Shown in pieces: positions 50,899 through 60,902 of a stretch of DNA of 64,000 nucleotides. Numbering within the stretch: the first letter of the stretch is position 1; each line of letters begins with the position of its first letter. The position numbers were made by a program, and so were the translations under genes. This DNA is from Longimicrobiales bacterium (GTDB taxonomy: Bacteria > Gemmatimonadota > Gemmatimonadetes > Longimicrobiales > Gaopeijiaceae), in assembly GCA_965238005.1 (NCBI GenBank), contig OZ250165.1:2560001-2624000 (forward strand), written 5' to 3'. The notes beneath the pieces were generated by a model. The model saw only the letters and a list, made by a program, of their open reading frames with translations. It searched no databases and had not been told where the DNA came from.

Positions 50899-52238
50899 GT
50901 TGAACTCAGTTGAGGATGCAGTGACAAGTCCATGTCGGAGGGAGCCGACGGATCGAGCTCAATATACAGGTCTTGGCCCAGCCCCCGTAGCCGACCCTTG
51001 TGCAGTCGTCCCAGATGCGACGTTCCCACCCCTCCGGCACCCACACGTAGGTAGTCACCCGTGAGGGCCAAACGGCCCTGGGCCTCCAGCGTCACCTCGG
51101 CGCTCTCGCCGGAGCGGGAGCTCCGGTATCGCCGGCCTTTCTCCTGGGCTAGCGTCCTTATCTCTCGGCTCCGCTCCCCGGCGACGCGCTGGGGCACGGG
51201 GTCCGGGAGCCTTGCGGCCTCGGTGCCGTCCTTGGGTGAGAAGGGGAAGACGTGGAGGTAGGTGTACGGGAGCTCCTCGACCAGTCTCATCGTGGCTTCG
51301 TGATCATCTCCTGTCTCGCCCGGAAAACCGGTAATCACGTCTCCGCCGAGGCCGAAGCGCGAGAGTCTCGCCGCGATCTCGAGGGTCCGGGCCCGGTAGG
51401 TCTCCCTGGTATGCCAGCGCCTCATGCGGTGGAGCACGGGATCGGCCCCACTCTGGAGGGGCATATGGAGGTGAGGGGCCACCCGGCCTCCCGAGGTGGC
51501 CATCAGCTCCGGGAGGAGCTCGTCGACCTCCGTGGCTTCGATACTGCCGAGGCGAAAGCGGACGTCCGGCACCTGGTCCAGAAGGCCGGCCAGCAGCTCG
51601 GAGAGGGTGAGTGGCTCGTCCAAGTCACGCCCGTAGTGGCCGATATGGATGCCGGTAAGAACCAGCTCCGGATGATGCCCGGCGAGGACCGAGGCCTCGC
51701 GAATCACCACCTCGGGCGGTCGCGAGCGGCTCGTGCCCCTGGCCAATCGCGTGGCGCAGAAGGAGCAGCGTCGGTCGCAACCGTCCTGAATCTTCAACCA
51801 ACCCCTCGTGGCCCCTTCCCTGCGCGTCAGGATGGACGCGCCCACAGGCTCGAGGTCCAACCGATCCAGGCTTCGCTGCATGCCCAGCTGGACCAGCCCG
51901 CCGTGGATGTCCACCACGGCCCGGGCCAACTCCACGGGATCGTGGCCCGCCACGACGGCCTCGACCTCGCTCATGGCCTCGTACTCGGCCGCCCTGAGCG
52001 CGGCGGAGCACCCCGCTACGATCACTCGAGCCTCGGGTCTCTCCCTCCGGAGCCGGCGGATGAAGCGGCGAGCCTCGGCGTCGGCGGCGTTGGTCACCGT
52101 GCAGGTGTTCACCACGCATACCTCGGCGGGGGAGTCTCGATCGACCGTTCGGGCGCCACGGGCTTCCAGCTCCTGCCGCATGCGCTCCGTGTCGTACTGG
52201 TTGGCCTTGCAGCCGAAGGTGTGATAGAGGACCCGCAC
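50895..52238 (-). CDS. mtaB: MtaB-like tRNA methylthiotransferase
   Basis: TFGCKANQYD, NTCTVT, KIQDGCDRRCSFC, LTGIHIGHYG and LHVFPFS. Start chosen at GTG 52238. Confidence 0.88.
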   Translation of the reverse strand: MRVLYHTFGCKANQYDTERMRQELEARGARTVDRDSPAEVCVVNTCTVTNAADAEARRFIRRLRRERPEARVIVAGCSAALRAAEYEAMSEVEAVVAGHDPVELARAVVDIHGGLVQLGMQRSLDRLDLEPVGASILTRREGATRGWLKIQDGCDRRCSFCATRLARGTSRSRPPEVVIREASVLAGHHPELVLTGIHIGHYGRDLDEPLTLSELLAGLLDQVPDVRFRLGSIEATEVDELLPELMATSGGRVAPHLHMPLQSGADPVLHRMRRWHTRETYRARTLEIAARLSRFGLGGDVITGFPGETGDDHEATMRLVEELPYTYLHVFPFSPKDGTEAARLPDPVPQRVAGERSREIRTLAQEKGRRYRSSRSGESAEVTLEAQGRLALTGDYLRVGAGGVGTSHLGRLHKGRLRGLGQDLYIELDPSAPSDMDLSLHPQLSST

Positions 52239-52251
52239 GTCGCCTGCCGCG

Positions 52252-53430
52252 TCAGCGGCCTCCGACCCGGACCGTGAAGGTGAGTCGGCGGAACTTCTCG
52301 TCCAGGTCACCAGCGCTACGGCTTCCTATCTCCACGGCGGCATCCACGGTGGCCAGGGGGACTCCGAGGGCCTGGGCCATGACGATGGAGAACCCGCCCG
52401 AGATGGTGCTCTCCGCCGCGCGCTCTCCCCTGAACAGGAACGGCAACTCGGTGTGTCGATAGCCCAGGCGGAGCGGCAGCTCGCCGGCCCAGAAGTTCCC
52501 GGCCCGCCACTGGAGGCCTGCCCCAAGGGTGGTGACCCTTCCGACGGCGAGCGCATCGATCTCGGGACTGCCCAGGTCCGCCCAATTCGCGGTGGAAAGA
52601 CCTGCCGTCAGCGAAAGCGTGGGGCTCAAGATGGTGGTGGCCGCCACCCGGATCTCCAGGGGAGCCGCAACCTCGATCGTCCCACCCTCGGTTATCCCGG
52701 CCGGCTCTCCGCTGATGGTCCCCGACCAGCCGAGAGACGCACCCAGCTGCACCACATCCATGGGATCCCAGGATGCGTTCACAGAAGCGACGGGACCCGA
52801 GTACGTCCACCTTCCCTCGTCGTTGTAGGGGGCGATCCGGGTTACCACCTCGAGGCTGTCCAGCTCCTCGTCGAACGACCGGTTAAAGGTCCGGTCGACA
52901 TGGCCGCGGTAGAAGCCGGCGGAGGCACCGACGGCAAAAGTCGTCGAAAGGCGCCGGGCGAAGCCGACTCGAAGCGCGGACACGCCGCCATCGGAGCGGA
53001 ACGTGTCCGTGATGGGAAACGACTCTCCCGACACGTCGACGGTGCCCTGGGTCACGGCGGTCCAGCGCTGCTCGAAGACGCTTCCGGCCGTCACCGTCAA
53101 GACGCTGTGAATACCCAGGGGGTACGCGAACCCCAGAATCGGGAAGCGAGTCCCCCCGAAGTCGCCCTCTTCGGATCCCAGGGTGTAGTCGCCCCATGTG
53201 GGTTGGACCGTAAACGTCACCGTGGGAGCAAGCAGATCGAGGGAAGCCGTGGGCTCGCCGGGAAGGACCGACGTCGTCCCGGCTGCCGGGCCTACCCCAC
53301 CCAGGGCGCGCTGCACCGCGTCCAGAGGCTCGGCTCGAATGCCGAGCCCTCCGGTCGCCAGGATGGATTGGCCCGCACCCACACCGGGCAGGCCCGCCAT
53401 CAAGCAGAACAGGATCCAGGCACGCCTCAT
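52252..53430 (-). CDS. Probable outer-membrane beta-barrel protein (FadL-like)
   Basis: Signal peptide, GLG...RALGG N-terminal pattern and amphipathic strands through to the C-terminus. Confidence 0.6.
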   Translation of the reverse strand: MRRAWILFCLMAGLPGVGAGQSILATGGLGIRAEPLDAVQRALGGVGPAAGTTSVLPGEPTASLDLLAPTVTFTVQPTWGDYTLGSEEGDFGGTRFPILGFAYPLGIHSVLTVTAGSVFEQRWTAVTQGTVDVSGESFPITDTFRSDGGVSALRVGFARRLSTTFAVGASAGFYRGHVDRTFNRSFDEELDSLEVVTRIAPYNDEGRWTYSGPVASVNASWDPMDVVQLGASLGWSGTISGEPAGITEGGTIEVAAPLEIRVAATTILSPTLSLTAGLSTANWADLGSPEIDALAVGRVTTLGAGLQWRAGNFWAGELPLRLGYRHTELPFLFRGERAAESTISGGFSIVMAQALGVPLATVDAAVEIGSRSAGDLDEKFRRLTFTVRVGGR

Positions 53431-54770
53431 GGGAGCCTCACCCTTCCAGCCACGGTCAGGAGCAGTCGTAGTACGGGGGCCCTGGGGCTGCCCGGCCCAT
53501 GGAAGGATGCGAACCCGAGTGCAGGCGGCTCGATGATGCTGAGGAAGACGACGGTGTTCGATGTGTTGGCCAGCGTGGCGGAGTCGCCGAGCATGAGGTC
53601 GGCTATGAGCCCCGTCGCAGGAAAGGCGATCTGGGTATTCGCCGCGTGGGTGAACAGCTCGGGTTGGACTTCCTTGCCCAAGGCCCCGGACAGCTGTGTA
53701 CCGAGAGGAGACTTGGGAAGGAGCTCCGGGCTGACCACCGGGCGGAGATCGACGTGCAGGCTGTCGAAGAGCTCGTATGCCGGATCGATCTCCCGGGTGG
53801 TCAACACCAGCTCAGCCAGATTCACCTGTGCGTTGGCCTCGCGGAGGTCGAAGGGGCACCCTACGATGGCGCACACCTCAGGAGGGCCGTCGAGCACGCG
53901 CGGAAGGTTGAGGCTTATGACGGACCGCCAGGACGGAGCCCCTCCGACCCTCAGACCCTCGGTGGGTGGCCCCGGAAGCGGGTCGTAGATGAAGCTGCTC
54001 TCACCGCCAACGGCGGTCTCCTCCACCAGGCTGTCCGGAGGCATGCTGGGCTGCACGATCAGCCTGAGGAGGGCAGACTCCACGACGATGCGCCGGCCCG
54101 GATCCTCTAGAGCTATGAGCACGCCTCGTGAGGCATCGGAGGTATCCGCCCACTCGGCGATCTGCGCCGAGTCCACCGCGATGCTCACAGAGTCGTTGAA
54201 GGCGATCGTGGCGCCTTCGGCCCGGTCGCGCTGACGGTCGAAGGTGCCGGACCCGATGGGTACCGTGAACCCCCCACCGGGCTGCAGCCACTCCGTACGC
54301 TCCGCCACCGTATCGACCGCCACCTCCCAGTTCACGGTGCGCACGTCCCAGCGCTGCTGGAGGGCGGATGCGCTGATATCGGCCGGTCCGAGCGCCACGC
54401 CCTGTACGGTGTCGAAGAACAGGACGAGCCGTCCGCCGATCAGGGAGAACTCCTTGTCGTACGTAGCGACGTCGGTAGCCGCGTCGAAGAGGCGCACGGA
54501 ATCGGGGTAGCTGCCGAAACGAATCAGGACCCTGGAATTCAGCCCCTGGAAGTCCCTTGCGAGAATACCGCGGCCCATGGTCGCCGGGGTTCCGTAGCCT
54601 CCGAGCACCTGTACGCCGTCGCTGAACTCCTCGAACGGCAGCAGCACCTCTACGGTCCGAGGGTTCAGGTCCTCGACCAAGTCCTCGAGGGAGGCAGTCG
54701 GGTTCTTTTCCGTACATCCCGCGAGGACCGCAGCAAGAAGGGCCCCGTATGTCGCCAAGTTTCGCTTCAA
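53427..54770 (-). CDS. Uncharacterised lipoprotein
   Basis: TTG start overlapping the cdd stop; signal KRNLATYGALLAAVLAGC with LAGC lipobox. Confidence 0.75.
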   Translation of the reverse strand: MKRNLATYGALLAAVLAGCTEKNPTASLEDLVEDLNPRTVEVLLPFEEFSDGVQVLGGYGTPATMGRGILARDFQGLNSRVLIRFGSYPDSVRLFDAATDVATYDKEFSLIGGRLVLFFDTVQGVALGPADISASALQQRWDVRTVNWEVAVDTVAERTEWLQPGGGFTVPIGSGTFDRQRDRAEGATIAFNDSVSIAVDSAQIAEWADTSDASRGVLIALEDPGRRIVVESALLRLIVQPSMPPDSLVEETAVGGESSFIYDPLPGPPTEGLRVGGAPSWRSVISLNLPRVLDGPPEVCAIVGCPFDLREANAQVNLAELVLTTREIDPAYELFDSLHVDLRPVVSPELLPKSPLGTQLSGALGKEVQPELFTHAANTQIAFPATGLIADLMLGDSATLANTSNTVVFLSIIEPPALGFASFHGPGSPRAPVLRLLLTVAGRVRLP

Positions 54771-55171
54771 ATCGACTTCTTCGGATTCTGATCCGCTTCC
54801 AGGTGGAACCGCTCCGGGAGAAGAGCATCCAGGCTCCATTCCCGGCACACACCACTCGACTCCGACACCACCGGAAGACTCGGGGAAAACTCGCCGAGTA
54901 CCTGCCGGCAGGCACCGCACGGAGCGCGTGGATCGCCCTGCTCGACGCTCAAGGCCAGCCGCCGAAACTCCTGATGGCCCGCTGCCACGGCAGCCGCCAC
55001 CGCCGATAACTCCGCACAGATGGTCAGTCCGAGCGAAGCGTTCTCGACGTTGCACCCGACGAAGACGGTACCGTCCGCCGCCTCCAGCGCCGCGCCGACC
55101 CGAAATCCCGAATACGGCGCGTAGGCACTTTCCCGGACCCGGGCAGCGGCCTCCAGCAGCCTATCGGTCAC
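54767..55171 (-). CDS. cdd: Cytidine deaminase (tetrameric type)
   Basis: AYAPYS.FRVGAA, NVENAS, CAE and PCGACRQ. Confidence 0.96.
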   Translation of the reverse strand: MTDRLLEAAARVRESAYAPYSGFRVGAALEAADGTVFVGCNVENASLGLTICAELSAVAAAVAAGHQEFRRLALSVEQGDPRAPCGACRQVLGEFSPSLPVVSESSGVCREWSLDALLPERFHLEADQNPKKSI

Positions 55172-56327
55172 CGCCGGCCCCTGTCCAAATCCTGGGAAGC
55201 CGACTCGTGAGTCCCGTGAGGATCTCATAGCTGATGGTGCCCGCCTGTGCCGCTACTTCGTCCACCGTGATCCGTCCCTCTCCATCCGTTCCGATCAACG
55301 TAGCCGTATCACCCACCACTACGCCGTCGACGCCCGAGATGTCTACCACCGTCATGTCCATCGAGATCCGCCCGACGATCGGCAAGCGCCGCCCGCGAAG
55401 GAGCGCGCTTCCTCGATTCCCGAGGATTCGCGGGAGACCGTCGCCGTACCCGATCCCCAGAGTCGCCCATCGCTCACTCCCACGGGCCCGGTACGTGGCC
55501 CCGTAACCCAGCGTAGTACCCTCGGGCACCTCCCGGATGAGGGTCACCGGTGCCCGGAGCTGCACCACCTCGTCGGGAGGTGCCACACCCGCTCCCACGG
55601 CTCCGCCATAGAGGAAGATCCCCGGCCGTACCGCATCCGCCGCCAGAGACGGGTATCGTAGGGCTGCCGCCCCGTTGCAGGCGTGAATCAGTCCAACCCC
55701 ACCGCCGGCTGGCCTACCGCGAGCCAACCCGTCCAGAGCCTCACGAAAGCGCCGCCACTGCTCCGAGGTGGAGTCGTCACCCGCCACGTCGGCCGAGTGG
55801 AAGTGCGTGTAGCAGCCCTCCCAGACCAGCGGATCGCTCAGGCGCTCCGCCAATGCCGGACCCCACTCCCCGATCCGCTGCCAATCGAACCCGGAGCGCC
55901 CCATCCCCGTGTCGATCTCCACGTGGAAGCGGGCCTCTCGCCCCAACCGCTCCGCGGACGCGGCGAGTCGATCGACCGCGTCCACCTCCGAGAGGGTCGG
56001 CGTGAGCGCCTCGACCACCGCGAGATCATAGGCCTCTGGTGGGAGAGGGCTGACGATCACGACCGGCTTCACCACTCCCCCGGCCCGGAGGCGTGCGCCC
56101 TCTTCCGCGGTCGCTACGCCGTAGCCCCAGGGACCTTCGGGCTCCAAGGCCTGCACCACGGCCTCCATTCCGAGACCGTACGCATCGGCCTTCACCATCG
56201 GGATGATGGCCGAGGCGGCTCCGACGGATTCCCGGATCCGGCGGAAGTTCCTGCGAAGAGCCCCGCCTCGGACCTCGACCCACGACCTGCCAGGCGCATC
56301 TACGGCGGCCTGCTCGTCCGTTGACAT
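55161..56327 (-). CDS. alr: Alanine racemase
   Basis: VKADAYG, DTGMGR, THF, RPGIFLYG, GYGDG, GRISMD and TISYE. Confidence 0.96.
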   Translation of the reverse strand: MSTDEQAAVDAPGRSWVEVRGGALRRNFRRIRESVGAASAIIPMVKADAYGLGMEAVVQALEPEGPWGYGVATAEEGARLRAGGVVKPVVIVSPLPPEAYDLAVVEALTPTLSEVDAVDRLAASAERLGREARFHVEIDTGMGRSGFDWQRIGEWGPALAERLSDPLVWEGCYTHFHSADVAGDDSTSEQWRRFREALDGLARGRPAGGGVGLIHACNGAAALRYPSLAADAVRPGIFLYGGAVGAGVAPPDEVVQLRAPVTLIREVPEGTTLGYGATYRARGSERWATLGIGYGDGLPRILGNRGSALLRGRRLPIVGRISMDMTVVDISGVDGVVVGDTATLIGTDGEGRITVDEVAAQAGTISYEILTGLTSRLPRIWTGAGGDR

Positions 56328-56399
56328 AGACGTTGAAAAAAGCGAAAAGATAAGCCTTGATCAAGGTCGGTTCCCCCCGAACACGAGCGACCATCCGAT

Positions 56400-57188
56400 A
56401 TGAGCGGCGACGCCGAGACACTACCCCCGCGCGACTTCGGGCCAGGAACGCTGGATCGCGCCCTGGAGCTGATCCGGTTCCTTCGAGAGCACTGCCCGTG
56501 GGATCGCGACCAGACCCCGGAAAGCCTGGTTCCGCACCTCCTGGAAGAGAGCCATGAGGTGGTGGACGCCATCCGGGGTGGGCGGGACGAGGATCTCGAG
56601 GGTGAGCTCGGAGATCTGCTGCTCAACCTGGCGTTCCAGATCGTTCTCGGAGAAGAGCGCGAGGCGTTCACATCGGGCTCCGTCTCGAGGCGGCTCGAGG
56701 AGAAGATGAAGCGGCGCCACCCTCACCTCTTCGGCCTGGGGGAGAGAGTCGACTGGGAAGTGCTCAAGGCTCGAGAGCGCGAGGACGGCGCATCGCTCCT
56801 GACCGGCCTCCCGGAGGCCCTGGACCCCCTGCACCGGGCCCACCGGATCCAGGACCGCGTCAGCGGCATAGGCTTCGACTGGCCTGACGCCTCGGGGGCA
56901 TGGGAGAAGGTCAGCGAGGAGCTCGCGGAGGTAAAGGACACCCTGACGGGAGAGGATCCGGTCCACCTCGAGGAGGAGCTAGGAGATCTGCTCTTCGCCA
57001 TGGTGAACCTGGTGCGCCTCACCGGAGGTCACTCGGCCACGTCACTGGAGCGCGCGAACCGGAAGTTCACACGCCGATTCGAACGCTTGGAGGGGGTGGC
57101 CGCGGAGCGGAACGTGGTCCTGGGGGAGGCGACCCTCGAAGAGCTGGATGCCATCTGGGACGAGATCAAGGCCGAGACGGAGGGGTGA
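56400..57188 (+). CDS. mazG: Nucleoside triphosphate pyrophosphohydrolase MazG
   Basis: CPWDRDQT, EES.E, ELGDLL twice, RRHPH and GFDW. Confidence 0.95.
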   Translation: MSGDAETLPPRDFGPGTLDRALELIRFLREHCPWDRDQTPESLVPHLLEESHEVVDAIRGGRDEDLEGELGDLLLNLAFQIVLGEEREAFTSGSVSRRLEEKMKRRHPHLFGLGERVDWEVLKAREREDGASLLTGLPEALDPLHRAHRIQDRVSGIGFDWPDASGAWEKVSEELAEVKDTLTGEDPVHLEEELGDLLFAMVNLVRLTGGHSATSLERANRKFTRRFERLEGVAAERNVVLGEATLEELDAIWDEIKAETEG

Positions 57189-57240
57189 TCCGAGGCTTTT
57201 ACGTGTGGCTGCGGGTGTGCCAGCCCATTACTTTTCCGTC

Positions 57241-58114
57241 ATGCGTATCCGACTCCCGACGCTTGGCGCGCTTGCTCTCCTCACTCACGCGACGTCGGCT
57301 GGTCTCGTTCTCGCCACGGCACCGGCCTCGTTGACGGCCCAGTGGGTCGAGCCGCCAGGAACGGGGTGGGCCTCTTTCGCGCTCTACCACCAAGACACCC
57401 GCGAGGCATACAACTTCGAGGGTATCGCGGGCACGTTCCCGGGAGACGGGCACGCGGTTGCGACCTCGTCTTTTCTGACCCTCGCTCTCGGACTGATCGA
57501 GGGCATCGACGGGTGGGCTCAGTTCTCCTTCCAGCGGCTTCGTTTCGACGACCTCTTGGGCATGAGGACATCCACCGGCGTGGGTGACGTTCGCCTCTAT
57601 GCGCGCGCGAGCCCGCTGCGGATCTTCGGTGTGACCACGCCCGTGGCAATCCGCGCGGGTGTGAAGCTACCAGTGGGCGAACTTCGACGTGGGCTCAGAC
57701 ATGATCCCTCTCGGAGATGGTCAGCGCGACTGGGAGCTCATTCTCGAGCTTGGGCACTCCTTCTATCCGAATCCGACGTATGTGATGGGCTGGATCGGAT
57801 ATCGCTGGAGAGACGAGGCGACGGAGGACGACCGTGCCTTCGGAGACGAGCGGTTCTTCTATACGGCCGTCGGCGGGGAAGTGGGCCCGATCGGATACAA
57901 GGTGGGCTTCGAGGGATGGTACGGGAAAACGCCTGTCTTCGGTGGCTTCGAAACGCCGGGCGCCAAGCGGGAGATGCTCCGGCTGAGTCCTTCTCTGCTG
58001 ATCCCGGCCGGTCCCGGGCAAATCGAGATCGGGGCCCGTGTACCGCTCGATGGGAAGAACTTGCCTGCTGGAAGCGACGTCGTGGTGGGGTACTTCACCC
58101 GACTCGGCTTCTAG
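57241..58114 (+). pseudogene. Secreted/outer-membrane beta-barrel-like protein with +1 frameshift (or sequencing error)
   Basis: Signal peptide and GVGDVRL...GVKLPVG in one frame; continues as DFDVGSDMIPLGDGQRDWE...GYFTRLGF if one A at 57680-57681 is removed. Confidence 0.7.
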
Positions 58115-58150
58115 TGTCGGGTTCACTAGTCTGGAGGCAAGGCCGGCTCG

Positions 58151-59218
58151 TCAACTGATGTACGTCAGCAGCTCCGGGTCATAGAGGTCCGATACGTAGC
58201 TCTGGTATCCGTTGAAGAGCTGCGTTCGTATTCGCGCGGAGGGCCCCAGGGGAGTCTCGAACTCCTGCGACCAACGCGGGTGTGCGACATCGGGATTCAC
58301 GTTGGAGTAGAAGCCGTACTCGTGAGGTACCAGGACATTCCAGAATGTCGGCGGCGGCTCCCTGGTGAACTCGATCCGGACGATGGACTTGGCGCTCTTG
58401 AAGCCGTATTTTCAGGGAAGGGCCAGGCGCCAGGGTGCTCCGTGCTGCTTGGGTAAGGGCTCACCGAACACGCCCGTCACGACGAACGCGAGCTCGTTCC
58501 TGGCTTCGTCCAACCGGAGCGCTTCGAAGTACGGCCAGGGATAAAACGGCTGAATGCGCTGGCCCACCGCCTCGTCGGGGCGGTCGAACGACACGAAGCG
58601 AACATACTCGGCGGAGGAGAGCGGCTTGAGCTTGTCGATGAGCTTGGCCAGCGGGTAGCCTGTCCAGGGTACGACCATCGACCAGCGCTCGACGCATCGG
58701 AGCCTGTACACACGTTCTTCGAGCCCGAACTCTCTCTCGAAGTCAGAGATGTCGTAGACCCCGACTCCCTCGGCCTCACCGACGACCTCTACGCTCCAAG
58801 GCCACACTTTGAACGGTCCGACGTAGGGCCAGACCGAGTTCGTGCTGCCCACCGAGCCGATAAACTCGTAGAAGTTGTTGTAGACCGCCGCCTGTACGCG
58901 ATCGGTCTGGCCGGGTCCCGGAACGTCGAAGGTCGAGTTCCGGACCGCCGGGTAGAGATTTGCGGTAGGCGACGGGCAAATCGATTGAAGTGGGTGGAGC
59001 ATGGTGGAGTCGTCGCACCCCGCCTGCGCGTCCGGGACCTCAGGGATCTCGTCCACCAGCTCCGAAGGCGTGAACTCGGATCCGCACGCCCCCAGACCCA
59101 GGGCCGCCATCCCCAGTCCAGAGCTCTTGAGGAACGCTCGGCGGTTGAGATACACCGATTCCGGTGTCGCCTCGCGGTCGGGGATTCGCCATTCCGGCGG
59201 AATGATGACGTTGGCCAT
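58151..59218 (-). pseudogene. msrP: Protein-methionine-sulfoxide reductase catalytic subunit MsrP with in-frame TGA (or sequencing error)
   Basis: Tat motif NRRAFLK, YNNFYEF, YRLRCVE.WSMV.PW and [16 protein letters not shown]; frame continues through [20 protein letters not shown] to a stop at 58151. Confidence 0.88.
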
Positions 59219-59284
59219 GGATCCTCTCAAACCAACCCGTCGAAGGCCTGCCGGAGTGTCCGGCCTAGCCCGCGACATCCAAAG

Positions 59285-59412
59285 CTAGTGTCCCGTTACT
59301 CCTTGCGACCACGCTTCGCGTGGTGCCCACCTGGGTTACACGCGTCGTCCCGCCTTGATCCCACAGCGCCCCGGCCCTCTTGAGGCGCTCGCGAACTTTG
59401 GCAACGGAACAG
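59285..59412. repeat. MITE/REP-like element with CTAG-associated terminal inverted repeats
   Basis: Left CTAGTGTCCCGTTAC; right (revcomp) CTGTTCCGTTGCCAAAGT; internal hairpin ACCACGC-TTC-GCGTGGT. Related ends at 22831-22858 and 60857-60897. Confidence 0.5.
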
Positions 59413-59506
59413 GGAGCTCGCCGAGTTGCTCTTCGAGACGTGTACGTATCTTTATATCGTGAATATACGTACGAGGCCGTGGTGCCGTGCTAATATCCCC
59501 CACGCG

Positions 59507-60805
59507 TCACGGCAACAACCGATTCATGAGCCGCGGGAACGGAATGAGCTCACGGATGTGATGGCGTCCTGTGATCCACGCGACGGTGCGCTCCAGACCC
59601 AGCCCGAATCCCGAGTGGACGAACGTGCCGTAGCGGCGGAGATCCAGGTACCAGGAATAGGCCTCCTCGGGCAGCTTCTCTTCACGAATCCGTCCCAAGA
59701 GCCGGTCCAGATCATCCTCGCGCTGGCTCCCCCCGATGAGCTCCCCGTATCCCCGTACCAGCAGGTCGTTACAGAGCACTGTCCTGGGGTCGTCCGGATT
59801 CTCCTTCATGTAGAAGGCCTTGACCGTTTTGGGATAGTCGTGAACGAAGACGGGCTGATCGAATTGCTCGGTCAGGAGCATCTCCTCGGGCGCACCCAGG
59901 TCGCTCCCCCATTCGATCTCGCTGTCCTTCTCCTGCAGAAGCGCCACTGCATCGGTGTAGGAGATGCGGGCGAAGGGAGACGAAACCGCCTCCAGCTCGC
60001 TCGTATCCCGCTCCAGGACCTCGAGCTCCGTCCCGCACCGCTCCAGTGCCCGCTCCACGATGTAGCAGACGAAGTCCTCCTGGAGGGTCATGTTGTCGTT
60101 CGAGTCCGCGAAGGCCACTTCCGGCTCGATCATCCAGAACTCCGTCAGGTGTCTGCGGGTCTTGGACTTCTCGGCCCGGAACGTAGGGCCGAAGCAGTAG
60201 ACCTTCCGGAAGGCGGGACAGGCGGCCTCCACATAGAGCTGGCCGGTCTGCGCCAGATAGGCAGACTCCCCGAAGTAGTCGATCTCGAACAGGGTGCCGG
60301 CAGACTCCCCGATTGACCCGGTGAGGATCGGCGTGTCGATCCGGACGAAGTCCCGCTCGTAGAAGAAGTCGTGGATGGCCTGCTCCACCTCGTGTCGGAC
60401 CCGGAGGCCGGCCCGCTGGAGGCTCGACCTAAGCCACAGGTGACGATAGTCCAGAAGAAACTCGACCCCGTGCTCCTTGGGCTGAATCGGGTATTCTTCC
60501 GACGGCCCGAGAAGCTCGAGGCCGGTCACGCCGATCTCGAAGCCGCCCGGGGCCCGTGCCTCCTCCCGGACCTCGCCTGTGAGCGCCACCGAGGACTCCT
60601 GGGTGATCGACTCGTGGAGCGCCCATGCCTCCTTGGGCAGCTCGTTCTTGAGCAGCACCCCCTGCACCAGCCCCGTCCCGTCCCGCAACACGAGGAAGCC
60701 CACCTTACCGTGGCTTCGGGTGGTGTCCGCCCATCCCAGTACCGTGACCTTCTGCCCGACGTGCTCGCGTAGCGAGCGGACCTCCGTAATCGCCTCGTGA
60801 CTCAT
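59507..60805 (-). CDS. asnS: Asparagine--tRNA ligase
   Basis: RHLWLRS, YLAQTGQLY, FRAEKSKTRRHLTEFWMIEPE, IGGSQRE and GFGLGLER. Confidence 0.97.
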   Translation of the reverse strand: MSHEAITEVRSLREHVGQKVTVLGWADTTRSHGKVGFLVLRDGTGLVQGVLLKNELPKEAWALHESITQESSVALTGEVREEARAPGGFEIGVTGLELLGPSEEYPIQPKEHGVEFLLDYRHLWLRSSLQRAGLRVRHEVEQAIHDFFYERDFVRIDTPILTGSIGESAGTLFEIDYFGESAYLAQTGQLYVEAACPAFRKVYCFGPTFRAEKSKTRRHLTEFWMIEPEVAFADSNDNMTLQEDFVCYIVERALERCGTELEVLERDTSELEAVSSPFARISYTDAVALLQEKDSEIEWGSDLGAPEEMLLTEQFDQPVFVHDYPKTVKAFYMKENPDDPRTVLCNDLLVRGYGELIGGSQREDDLDRLLGRIREEKLPEEAYSWYLDLRRYGTFVHSGFGLGLERTVAWITGRHHIRELIPFPRLMNRLLP

Positions 60806-60856
60806 CTTTTTCGAATATCCAAGGGTGAGCGAGCGCCGGTGTGGAGAACGGGACTG

Positions 60857-60897
60857 AGTGTTCCGTTGCCGAAGTGTCTGCGGAAACGGAACACTAG
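60857..60897. repeat. Short palindromic element of the same CTAG-ended family
   Basis: AGTGTTCCGTT...AACGGAACACT 11 bp inverted repeat ending in CTAG, between recG and asnS. Confidence 0.55.
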
Positions 60898-60902
60898 CGG
60901 GC

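Noticed and set aside
56355..56366. Palindrome CCTTGATCAAGG in the alr/mazG divergent region
   Set aside because: A single 12 bp palindrome with no second copy seen; cannot be distinguished from chance.
58412..58414. Selenocysteine or TGA=Trp genetic code for the msrP TGA
   Set aside because: The position is a conserved Trp, not the Mo-ligating Cys (RCVE is intact), and many genes here end in TGA at their expected C-termini.
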